DNA of 62,693 nt, counting the filler, from Sphacelaria rigidula (Eukaryota): NCBI GenBank assembly GCA_964200075.2. It is 6 parts of 6 records of this genome, joined end to end, with 100 filler letters (N's around TTAATTAATTAA, not from the genome) between each part and the next. Parts side by side here need not be neighbours in the genome. Positions count along the whole stretch, not along the records: positions 10,467 to 20,832 come from CAXNAA020006642.1; positions 20,933 to 31,298 come from CAXNAA020006643.1; 4 more parts are not named here. One strand, written 5' to 3'. Within the stretch, counting starts at the first letter, position 1, and each line of letters begins with the position of its first letter. A program made the translations under genes and the position numbers. This document shows positions 12,166 through 24,300 of the stretch, piece after piece. The notes below the pieces were generated by a model. It was not told the origin of the DNA and made no database searches. It worked only from the letters and a program-made list of their open reading frames with translations.

Positions 12166-15100
12166 GCCATGTGTGCAGAGCAACTAGGTTTAAAGATTTA
12201 ACGGGTCGCAAAGCTTGCGGGAGATACCCGCGCTTCAACGCCGGCAATGTACACGTCAGAGACTCTTCTCCGAAATTTTTCGTCTGACGCTGGCCGAAAA
12301 TCATGATGAGCCAATCGAGCATATGAGTTTTTTTTTTTCCGCCGCGCATGAGTGTACACCCTGAAAATACGGAAACAGTTGTCCATACAGCCGCTGGCAC
12401 GACTGAATTCTGTTTATTGTGTACTTTATTTAGATGCGCCGACAGTGCACATCTTCGAAAGCAATCTGCAGCCCTACCATGGAACCACTCGGAGTAAAAT
12501 ATACGTACTGCATGTTCCATATGCCCGGGTAGCTACAGCCACCGTCCGGACTTGTAAACATTGTATTGTACCCAAGCCATACACGTCAACAGGTGAGGGA
12601 GCTGACTGTCTTATTGCATACTTGATCCGGATCTTACGGATGCGGGGAAGGGTTTCTTGTACACTAGATTCAGGTTCCACGGGTCAGGGGTAGCTTTTGG
12701 TGTGCATGAGATTCGGATCGCACGCGTCGACAAGCTACTTCGCTTGCCTGACCCGAGTGATATAAATGGCAACTATGTGATGTTGTACAGATGACACGGG
12801 TCTGCAGATCAGTTGTACACAAAAGTGTGCGTGTGAACCGGGTCGTACGGCTCATCGCTCGGCAAACATGTACGGGTCAAACGGGTCCTACGGATCAGCA
12901 TCGGAGAAACGTGTACGGGTGACAGGTCACCTCGGACGGATCATGATTTATACCCCAAATGAGCTGACCCGGATCTGTGTCGAGCTAATCCGTCCGACGT
13001 GTGATGGTATTCAAAGGGACTGGCCTCGAGGAGGTACAGAAACCTCCGGGGCACACATCAGTCGGAGCAAAAGCAACATTTGGATATGTATCTTTGATTA
13101 AGCCGTAGTCGAAAAGATCCAGATTAACCTTCTGAATTGTTGACAGCAGTTTATGTGAGATACTTGTTATATGGTTGGATTATCCTGCTGGCATGTTGCA
13201 TGTTATGTGCACCACGGACAGTATTGCCGGAACGTTCCTTCGACTGAAGGGACGATACGATAAACGAGGTATTTACCGTTACGGACGGACTGTTCGATGT
13301 ATGGGCCAGCAACGTCCCGACTACCTACCGTTGGCTTTTTATTGTACCATGACCATGTGTGGATATAAATCTGGCGGAGGGTATCGGGTACGGTTGTATC
13401 GAGTTGTCAATCCCCTCGTGAGCATTTTCTTTGGCTACCGTGGACACAATCAGCTTTGGCCTGCCGTTGTTCTAAGATCTAAGTGGGTCCTGATGATGAG
13501 CGATACTCGTGGGGATTATTGGCTTCTAGTAGTAACTGTATAATACAAGTGGACATCTTATCCTGTAGACGCCTTGGATTGAATTGCCCAATAACAACTT
13601 GATTGGGGTGGACTGTTATTACACAGCTTTGCCTGCAACCGGTGCACACACGGTTTGAGCCTCTGTTCGCGAGAACAGGACAACGGTGTAATATGGGTCC
13701 CTTCTCGGAGGGTATTACACCAAATTACATGATAGATGTGAAGGGGGGTGCGTTTTTCGAGAATGTGTGATTAGTCCATGTCACAGATTTTTGACCACGA
13801 CGATAACGGTCAGTCTCGTCGAGGGCGAATTTTCCTGTCAAGGTGCGGGCTAGATCTGCGCACAGTTCCATAAATATGGCGGTTTTAGCCGTGGCCGTTT
13901 GTCCAACATCTCTGTGCTGATACAGGAAACACACCAACAAGAAGAACGACAACTACACACCGAGCCCCGAAAAACACGCCGATATCCACCGCTGACGTGG
14001 ATTAATTAGCTCAACCACCGGCCTTTGCTCATCTACACACAGCAGACAAGTCGCTGCTTCTCCTTGATTCTCGATCAGATTTGACCAAAGTAGCGCATGA
14101 CATGCTAATAGGGGCGAAAAAAGTGAATGGGCTGTTCGAGGAAACCACAACGACCACAGACAAAAAAATGCCCTTTTCTTTTCTGTCCTGGGATGCTCCG
14201 CTCAAACCCACTTGCTTCTACAATCCAACCCCTTGACGGATTGATCGCGCGCGCAGGCAACACCCTCCCTGCTCACACCCTACATCCTGCTGCTGACCAT
14301 CCACACACAGCCCATAGCCTCGGCCTTATCCTCCTGTTTTGAAGGCGTACACTCCACACCTGAAAAAAGACAAAATCCGGCTTACTGATCTGACCGCGGG
14401 ACGTGCCCTGAAATGGGCGCTGCAGTGCAATGCATTGGGGTTGTGAGCACCCAACGCAACAAACGGCGCTCGAATCGCGCACGTAACCGTGGAGAACCGC
14501 CCGGAAAAAACTTATCCCGCGATGGAGTATGTCCTGCGCTACGCACCGTCGCCAATAAATACAAGTGAAAAATAATCACAGCCAAAAGGGGCTCGGGGTG
14601 GAACGTCGAGAGACAGGTCTCAACCGGTCGCGGAGTAACTTTAGTTCGGTGCGTGCGCATACGCAACTATGATACACTCAGACATTTTCTGTTGAAGAGA
14701 GCTCCGCCGCTTCTGTACACAGCCACACAAGGAAACCCAGGGTTAAGGGCATGGTGTGTACTGGAATAGACAACATCATCGTGATCGATTTGTGCTCTCC
14801 TGTTCGTCTGTGGTATTGAGTGTATTGGTACCACCATGTTCGCCGTACCGCCTCTACAGCCTCCGTTCGCTGCGACTTGAGCTTGTATGTCGTACATACA
14901 CGGACAAGTGTCACTTACCCTCCTTTCACCCTAGGGTCGGACATGTATTGTATCGGCATCATTTTCACTTGAAAAATGGATGCAAAACCCAAATGATCCA
15001 ATCGGCGGTCGGAGAGTTCAACTTTAGAGCCGGTTATTGTACGAAGAGGCGGCCGTCTCGAGAGATTTTGACTCGAAAAATGAACACAAGACACTACCCT

Positions 15101-17334
15101 GGGGATCAAGCGCCATTTGCACGAGAGCGGGAGGGAAGAGTGACGCCATCCAAAGGAGTAGTCCGATACTCGCGATACCCACAGAAGAAGGGAGGAATAC
15201 GGCGGGGGGCACAGAGAAAATAACATTGTACTATACTGACTGTACTGTGCTGTACGGTGCACTTCGGTCTTGTCTATTTACACAGACAGCAGCCACCTCC
15301 TGATGGATCGGTTGTGCTTGTATGGCGGGCGTACTTTTCACTTCAAAAATGAATGCCCACCGCAGCCCGAGGAGTTATTTTTGCAACTGGAGGCAAAAAG
15401 GGATGACGGTGTCGGAGATAGAGCCTAGTATATCAACTTTATGAGATGTAGTGTACCTATATATACCCCTCCAAAAAAGGGTGATATGTCATCATAAAAG
15501 TTGATATATTTGTGGTCAAGTTCATATACCCCATATTTTTCCACACATCGCCATGAATGTGATATATTTGAGGTATATTGTAAGGAAGGCGTATCGCTAG
15601 AGTAGTCAGAGATCTACGGGGGGAGACTGCCGTCCTGATGCTGAAGGAACTCCGAGGCTGGCGATGACCTCCTCTTGTATATGTAGGCAAGAAGGGGGTC
15701 AGACGACAAGTGGTCGACATGGGCGACCAGGGCCTCGGGGGATGTTGGACCGTCCTATATTGGGCCCTTCCTGGCATCACCCCGGGTTGTCTGGTTACGT
15801 CGGCATTACAGGGTCCTCGGTGACCTGGTCCTTCCCGAACGTTCCTTCATCGTCCCTGCTTGCACTAGGTCTGTATACTTGTGTGACATCAGTCTCTGAT
15901 ATGTCACTGCAAAGAGATATCTCCCATTATATGATACATAGTGGCATATAGAGTATAGAAGTATAAAAAATATTTGGCGGCTCGCGAGAGTGCCGCATTC
16001 CGCCAACGCCTCCTCGCGCCCGCGCGCGAGAATATAGGCGCCCCTCGGGCGGAAGAGCCCCGCGCGAGTCGCGCCTTACACTCCCGACCGTCGGGGCAAC
16101 CGCCGCGGGAGACGTTTCCCACCCGGCCGACCGTGGCGGATCGCCCCGTCTTTGAGGACCCGTTCGAAATTCAAGTGAAAATCGCGCGCGCCCGTGGTTG
16201 ACGGGCGTGTGTTGTCGCGGTGGTGCTGCAATCTCTAGCGAGCGTTCGTGACCGCTCAAGAGTTCAGAACGACAACGTGATCTTCTTAAGCAGAACGTCG
16301 CCCAACAGCGCCGGTGTGCAGTCGGCACGTGAGCCAGTTTCGCACGCTTAAATATCGGCGTCGATTGCGCCTGGAAGAGGCTGAGAGTGGCATGCCGATT
16401 TGATTATGTGCAGCGTAATCCAGTCGGTGCAGTACAGAAAGAACAGTGGTAGTGCAGTAGTGTGGTGCTTTGGCTGTGCGACAGCGGTATTTTAAACTCG
16501 AGGTTTTCGGTACACTCGACAACAGCAGTTGTAGGTCATGTCGCTCGCTGCAAGACCGATCCCCGTGGAGTTTAAAGTATGTTGCTGATGAATGATCCTC
16601 CGCCGCCCGGTACCTTACTGTATACACGTTACTGTCGAATGTACGGGGAACGTCGAGTACATGACGCCTCTATCGTATTACATTACTATTATATCGATTG
16701 TACAGCCGCGGTGCATTATTGTGGACGAATCTCTCTGATTGTCACGGCTTGGCCCGAGGTTTCGCGGGAAAGCATGTGTCGAGAATTTTTAATCCCCTCT
16801 TGAGATGCCTGTCAAAGATAACAACAGGCTGACAACATGAGTTTAACTTACGGTCTGAGGAGCGCACTAACGACCTGTTGTGAACAAGAGTATCTCAGCT
16901 TCGACTCCACCTGTCAACCCCTGTGCGCGCCACCTGTACTTCGGAGATAACAGTAGCTGATAACGTGGGTGGGTAGCGTTGGTGTTGCACCACGCTACTT
17001 ACCATCTGTTATGATGTATCGTGCTATCGATTGGAGCATGCGCAATCTATCGCAATCTATCGTGTGCCAGCAGTATGTACTATGGTGCTGTCAGTGGAGT
17101 GAAGAAAACATGAGGTGGTGCAGCTGGTTCGTTCAACCGGTACCTAGATGCAAATAAATGTTATCCACAACACATGATCGTCAACCGCACCCACCACCTG
17201 TTCAGAATCGACTTCGCGAGGTGGGGTGACCGGACTGGGTTAACCGGAGTTGGGCTATACTTTGTTATTCATGGTACACACACACATTTCACCACCACCA
17301 TGTAACGTAACCCTCACTGCCATCCAAGACATAC

Positions 17335-17475
17335 AGAAACCCCTCAGGCGAGGGAGATGCACACAGTTTCCTAGGCAAAGTGTGGCGTTGGTAGACCTCG
17401 AATCGGCGGTGACGCCGATGTGTACGGAAACGCGTTTTAAGCACACACTAGGAGCACACGGGACTGTCAAGCCCC
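17335..17475. repeat. Dispersed repeat shared with 53750-53895 (degenerate TE remnant)
   Basis: Collinear similarity, e.g. gcgttggtagacctcgaat / gcgttggcagacttcgaat and taggagcacacgggactgtcaagccc / taggagcacttgggactgtcaggccc. Confidence 0.6.
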
Positions 17476-18697
17476 GTGTATTTCAAACATGGGAACGGTC
17501 GAAGGCATCGACTGGGGCCCTTTCCCCCCCTGCAAGGGCATGGTCCCTCGCGCTCTGTTGTCTTCCGTACGCACTTTTGCTCACCGTTCAGTCCGGCAGA
17601 AATTTTCGTATGTTTGTTTCTACTTGAAACAGGGGGCAGCGCGGAGAAATTTTCGGACACGTAGCCCCCCCCCCCCCCCCCTCCCGGAGGGCATTTTTTT
17701 CGATATTGTCATGATTTTTTCGATAGTTTTTTTCGCCAAGTTTGCCTCAAGGAATATTGATCAATAAACACTTCTTTTTTTTTATTCTGGTGATTTTGTC
17801 ACAAGAAATTGATCAATGAACGCTGACAAAAACCGAAACGTCTAGTGGGCTTTGTTGTTCGGGATCGGCACCCCGCGAAAAAGAGCCAGTGCGGGCGACT
17901 TTCGATAGCCATAACACGCGCCACAGGTATCGGATGACACCCAAACCTGACAGGTGATGTACCGTTGCGCCTTCTTCGCACACTGCAAAAGGAAGCGCGT
18001 GATGAGATGCCTTGCAGCCAAAGAAAACTCGGCGAAAGCGGTGAAAAAAGTGAAATGATACATGTACATATAGGGGGGGGGTAATAGTAGGGGTATATCT
18101 ATACCAGGCTCTAGTTGGAGGGTTTCGTGTGATCTGATCCTTGGCGGGTGATCCCCATCGACAAACGGGACGAACGCAACGGGTGGGAGATAGACGACAA
18201 TACCGTACGGTAATATGAAGCGATGTACTGCTGTCCTGTACTGTGCGTTTTCAATGTAAAGATGAAGGATGAACGGACCGTTCGGGGGATGCAATGCAGC
18301 AGGGAGGTGTGCGTGTCATGGGTGCAGATGGCCTTCTGTGCTTATTTCCCAACCGACCGGGCGTCGCATTCGCTTCTTTACCGTCCGACTAGATGGATCA
18401 TTCTCCTCTCATTGGCTTGTGCGATTTTCCAACAGGAAGATCCTGCACACTTGTTGAAAACAGCTCCTCAATGGTTTGGCCTCGATTAGCATGTATAACT
18501 GTACGGTTCGGAGAATGCGTCTTTCAATCGCGGGAGAAGGGAACTCTTGGCTTCATGCGGTATATCAGGTTGTTTGTGACACTTTTGCACGCCCCCCTGC
18601 GGCCACCACGTGTATGTTTCCCTTAGAGCAAACAGATTGCCGGTTCGCCCAGACATCTGTCGCCCGGCCTGTGATGCGTAAGAAGACCGCATGCTTA

Positions 18698-18868
18698 GGG
18701 GATCGCATCGTAGTTCAACACAGCTCGGGATTGACTTTTTTCTAACCAATCGGGCCAGTCCCTGCAGGGACCACGCCCCTAACCCTGTCCCCAACACAAA
18801 CCCTAACCCTAACCCCAACCGTAGGGGTGTAAAACCCCAGATGCGGTCCAAAAAGCACGTGATCCTCC
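18698..18868 (+). mobile_element. Short non-autonomous element with sub-terminal IRs and internal CCCTAA repeats (copy A)
   Basis: ggatcgcatc ... (ccctaa)n ... gatgcggtcc-aaaaagcacgtgatcctccc; homologous to 19401-19575. Confidence 0.7.
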
Positions 18869-19400
18869 CAGGCATTACAATGTAGTCCCTACTTCGCCAT
18901 TGTTTACGTATTCGTAATTTGCGATCATCTCAACGGAACGAATATCTGTCCCGCTCCGTCCTCCAATGTGCCCCATCCTCTTTGGAAACGCCGTCGGGAT
19001 GTTGTGATCGAAATATATCCATGGATCGCACGCGGTCACGATAGCAGTTGCCGTCACCAACAGATTTAGTAGGGTCACAATAGACCGTTGCCCGGGTAAA
19101 AATGTGGGACATGTGTCTACCGGTAGATAACGCCGGCGACAAAATACAGGAAAACTTGTCGATCGACAGCGACTAGCGCTGACAATTTTGGCGTCTATTG
19201 CGGCAGTCTGTTGTCATTGAATGAGACGCCGTCTGTATTCCAGGGTGTAAAATATTGCATTTTTTTCGTGTGGATCCCTGACGCTTGGGAAAAGCATTCC
19301 GTATAGTAGCTATTGAAGAGCCAGCAATAGCTGTTTGTACAGGATCTGTTCATTTTGTATCTCATGTGATTGCGCGTGTAGAGAGGCCGTTGTGCGGAGG

Positions 19401-19575
19401 GGACCGCATCGGAATTTAAACACCCCTATGGTTAGGGTTAGGGTTAGGGTTAGGGTAGGTGTTTTGGTTTGGGTCAGGTGCGCTATCCCTACCGGGACTG
19501 GTCCGAATGGTCTCGAAAAACGTCGATCCTGGGGTGTTTTGAACTACGGGGCGGTCCAAAAAGCACGGTGCTCCC
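19401..19575 (+). mobile_element. Same element family (copy B), core inverted, with TTAGGG repeats
   Basis: ggaccgcatc ... (ttaggg)4 ... gcggtcc-aaaaagcacggtgctccc; its core is the reverse complement of the copy A core. Confidence 0.7.
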
Positions 19576-19821
19576 ACGCACGACAACATGTCAAGGTCGT
19601 GAGGTTGGTATCAGTGTGCGTACCCCCTCATACTCCCTTGGAACCCTGCCTATCAGCGGACGTGTAGTGGTTGATTCTGAAGTCAGCCTCATAACACTTG
19701 AATTCGGGTCATCTCAGTCAGATTTGCGACCTTCGACCGCTGCCGAGATCCTTCATGCGAGTCTTTCAAGCGAGTGAATTTGTCGCGTTTGACTTCTCGG
19801 CAATAACCAGGGAGAATCTGA

Positions 19822-20832
19822 CACACCCTGGACAATAGACGGCATCTAATGCAACAGCAATAGAACCTGCTGCAGTAAATGCCAATATTGTCGTCCGTAA
19901 TGACCATCGATGGGCAAGTTTCTCTTTTTGTTGTCGTCGGCAATGTATCGATAGACCAGTTTCCCACACTCTTGTCTGGGCAACAATCTGTTGTGGCCCC
20001 ATGCCGACCAAATGTGTCGATCGATCGTTTTCCAAATCTTTTTGATGGCGGCAATGGCTATCGATAGACCGCGTGCTAAACCCACCGATAACGACGATGG
20101 CTATTGACAGATTGTGTACCTTATCTAGTGATGACGACAATCTCTACTGATAGATGGCGTACAAAATCTATGCATGGCGGCAATGAAAATCGATAGATCT
20201 ACTGTGGTATACAATGCCTACCGATAGATATTCTGTGTCGTCTAGTGCCACACCTACATCGCAACATATCACCTATGGAGTATATACAGACAAAAACATG
20301 ATCGACTGGCATCAATGTATACCGATAGCCGTTGTAAGCGACGATAGATCGGGACAAGGGACAAAATGTATCATTGCCGTGAAAATGGAGGGGGCAAGTT
20401 GTCCATCGATACATTTTTCCGATTGTGATAGTAGGATCTGCCACGCGGCCACCAATGCATTTTGTTTGCAACAATAGGGTCTAAGTTGCCCGGGCTTCTG
20501 TCGATTACTAGCGCTATGTTTGCTCATTTTTCCATGTACATTTCCACCTTATTCAACAGAAGCCAAGGCCAGCTATCGCCTCATGTGTGAGGGGTGTCAT
20601 TGCCGTTGATGCGATAAGACCACTGCAGTGAGGAATATATATATATTGGAAACCTATCGTTGGCGTTACAGACTATCGACAGGGGCTTCCGAGAACAATC
20701 GATCGTTGGCGACGATCAACATGTCGATAGATACCCCAAGATGTATTGTTGGCGGCAGAGGACCCTGTGTTCATGTCTACCTGTCGCGCGTCGAGTTTGG
20801 AAAACCGAGTTCCACTCCCTGAAGTCCGAATG
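19822..20832 (+). mobile_element. Probable DNA-transposon end with CACACCCTGGA terminus and dense ATCGAT/CGATAG sub-terminal motifs
   Basis: Starts cacaccctggacaatagacggcatct. A related reverse-complement end lies at ~19200-19248 and the same terminus occurs at 53985 and 55689. More than 10 atcgat/cgatag motifs follow. Confidence 0.5.
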
Positions 20833-20932
20833 NNNNNNNNNNNNNNNNNNNNNNNNNNNNNNNNNNNNNNNNNNNNTTAATTAATTAANNNNNNNNNNNN
20901 NNNNNNNNNNNNNNNNNNNNNNNNNNNNNNNN
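20833..20932. other. Artificial scaffold linker
   Basis: N44-TTAATTAATTAA-N44. Confidence 0.98.
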
Positions 20933-21130
20933 GATATCGTCATCGACACGCGTGTACACCGCATTCATTCGTTAGGTGCACCTAGCCACAGCTGCTCAAC
21001 TGCTGCGGACATTTGGGGAGGAAGATGGCTTCGCTCGGTCAGAAGTGTTTTGCGTCTTCCCTGCAAGAGAGAAATTCTACTTCAACCCCATATTATTTTT
21101 CATGGACCTCATTTTCTAGGATCCACTGTT

Positions 21131-21343
21131 ATCTGTCTAAAACAACCAATCAAAGAAGATTGTCGAGTCCGTTGATCCAAAAACACAAAAAAAAATATGT
21201 GACGACGGAGTCAGAAAAGCCAAGGTGTAACCCTTGAACTACTCGGCGTGCTCAGGGTCCGGCGCTATAAGGGGCAAACATGAAAAAAGGGGGCCACATG
21301 ATCCGGATAATGATCCGAATCAGTGTACTGAAAATAAGTACCC
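21131..21343 (+). repeat. Dispersed repeat R2 (second copy at 37636-37841)
   Basis: Collinear ~200-bp match (aatcaaagaaga..tcgagtccgttg..ggagtcaga..actactcggcgtgctcag..tgatccg.atcagt.tactga). Confidence 0.85.
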
Positions 21344-24300
21344 GCAACTGTCAGACGGATGATGATGTGTCCGAGTGATACCTTCTCTAGGTTGTATAGA
21401 AAATTACCAAACGTAACGCGTGGTAAAACTTCATGTCAACACAGAGATTTCGCGCTGTGCGTTTGGGCTCGGAGTCAATCTGGCGGCAATTAGCGTCGCC
21501 CTGCTGAGTACTGTACTCTGGAACAGAGAGAGGGGTAAAGCACGCGGGAATATGCCAGGATTACGAGTGGTGAGACTTTTTTCTGGACTGAACTGATTCA
21601 AGTGCTTCATTGCGAAATGCGGATGAATCGGCAAACAGGGACGATATGTGTAATATGTGTACTATAGAGCTGTAGTAGGAGCGCGCTGCTGGTCGATCAT
21701 GCAAGCCTCTTTTTTGGACATGGGCACCTCTTCGGTCCAGGTGGTTGCTCGTGAACGAAGTCACAGTGGCGTGTACATTTTGCAGTGCGGTACAGTGCAG
21801 GTATATGCCTTGATCGGGAGCTACACTCTGCTGCAGTATCTACAACTCTGCAGCGCAGCATCTCTGACATGAATCCGCCGTAGCAACCCTGCGGCGATGA
21901 CAAGTGCTACTGTAGGTACAGTACAGTAGTATTTAGATTGTGGGTGCTGTCAACATAGACTCTATTGCCTTACCTATTACTATGACGGCACGTTGTGTCT
22001 TCTGTGGATGACCTTACCGAGTTAGAAATGCGGTCTCCATTATCCCTGCAGCTTATCTATTGGTTCTATCGTTCACCGCCGCCATCATGGCTGTATGAAG
22101 CTGGCATTCGACAGTACGTTTAGCATCTGTTTACGCAGTAAATATGGCACTGCCCATCACTCGGATTTTAACGGTACAAAAGTCTGTGCAACACAAGTAT
22201 AATACGGTACAGTCGCGTCTGGCGTAGGTAGTGCTGAATCTAAATCCAAACGAGAATTCGAACATCTCGCGAGAAAGAAAAGGCAAGCACCTCAGAGAAG
22301 GTGCAGAACTTGAAACAAAAAAAACAAAAAAAACTTATGTGTTGCCCTTCTTCCTGTGTGAGCCCGGCCCGGCTGGTGCGCCCACATATACCGAAAGGAC
22401 AACGCACACACACGTCACTGGCTGTTGTAGTGAACTGTGCTCACTACTGATCAATAGCCATATAGTAAGGGCTCGATGCTGAATGATTTCCAAGTCGTTT
22501 AGTCTAATGTTCGTAGCAGCAAGCAGGGGATCCACGTGCGTGACAGCGAGGGAGAGGTCGGCCTACTTTTTTGAGCCCCCACCCCGTGTCATTAGTATTA
22601 CATGAGCGTAGGATGATTCGTCGTTTGGTTTCAGAGTACAGTAGGGGACAAAAATTGTCTTTGAAAAACACACGCGCATCTGCAAGCCCCCCTCCCAACA
22701 CACAAAGCAAAGCAAACACGCCCGATATACGAACACCAACCCGCAGCTGGGAGATGAGCGGAACCGCCAATACGCGACGACTACAATACGCAGCAATGGA
22801 AAAGTCTACCATTTATCTGGCTCCCCTCAAGCCACGGCTGGCAGCAGTATGGTGGGTGGGGATCACAAGCCGCCAGCCACAACTACCGCACCCAAACTGG
22901 TGCGAGCATGGGTTCGACTGGTATATCTATCAGCATGTATACTCTACTGAGTGTACTTGGCTAGACTGTGCTCCTAGTTTGTCTCACGACCACCTTGTCA
23001 AGACACGTCGCTGCTGCCCTGACATACCATGCTTTCCTCAGTCCTTCCTCCGCGAGCATTCTTTTGATTCTGTAAATAATGAGGCGTCTGACCCCGGGAG
23101 CGGAAGGGACTTTTTCAAAGGGGTTGATCAAGGTTAATTAACCCTCTTGGGACCCCGGTTCACGCAACCAAGACACGCGCTTTGCCGTACAGTCGCTAGT
23201 GTAACAAATGACGAACATGACTATTATAGTAGCATAAATAATCGATATTTCCCCCCTGAAAACAAACGGCGCCCGGAGTAGGGTTTTCATGAAACTGACT
23301 AACGAGGTGCAAATGAATGCGGGCCTGGATTATGATATTGAAAAAATATGTGCCCATCCTTGGCCCATCCTGTTACCTATGCAGAGCCAGAGCACGAAAC
23401 GTCGAGTTGACCCGACGAAGGTGATGGACGGGCCCCGCATATACAGTACTACCCCGAAACGGGCACGCGTCGCTTCGATACTGGGAACGAAGCCTTTGTA
23501 GAGCACAAGATATAGTTTCTCCGATCGAAAACCCCCAGAACCCGACAACTCTCGAGTGAGGGTGTTTTAACCCAGGCTCTCCATTTGAACGGCAGGCGCC
23601 CGCAGTAGGGCGTGTCTCAACGAAACTCTAAACCGATATTGACATAAAAGTTCAATTTCAATTCTCGAGTTCGATGTGGCAATGAGATCCCATATGAGCA
23701 GCGAAAATGTATCCGAGGTACAGGTCGATAATCACCTAACAGTTTAGAGACCAAAACCGATGCAGTCGGTTCAAACAGCGACAGAGATAGTTAGACTGTT
23801 CCCCAAGTCAATCTTACTAGCCCTGACGGTAACCGTTGCTCAACCATGTGCAATTTTCTTGCTTTGGCTTTGATGCCTCGACACATGAGGTTGCGGTGAC
23901 AAATTACATTAGCAAGGCTGCGCAAAAATAATGGTGCAAAAACTCCACACCTTGAGGCGGGAAGACTACGCCATTATTTAGGCTACGCCATTATTTAGAC
24001 GATTTTTTCATGCCTCCCAAACACGAAGCCAAGAGCTCTCCATCACAGCATAGTTTATTAATTCATGCCATCTATCCACATCCGCGCGTTCTGTTACGAG
24101 TGTCTGCACACTGGCGATAAAGTACACCACTACATGAACGATACCATATGCCTTGTTCAAGACTTGGGTACGTACCTACATCTCCCAAGGTGGGGCTGAT
24201 GCATCTTGACCACGCAGGCATTGTTTCGGCGCACTTCCGATGACGTTGATGACGTGGGTGATATTTTTCATCTCAGGCAAGAATTAGGGTCTTCGCAATA

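Noticed and set aside
19431..19456. True telomere
   Set aside because: Only about 4 units, internal, and embedded in a dispersed element.
23138..23560. piggyBac element starting TTAACCCTCTTGGGACC
   Set aside because: No matching right TIR or transposase remnant found in the scaffold.
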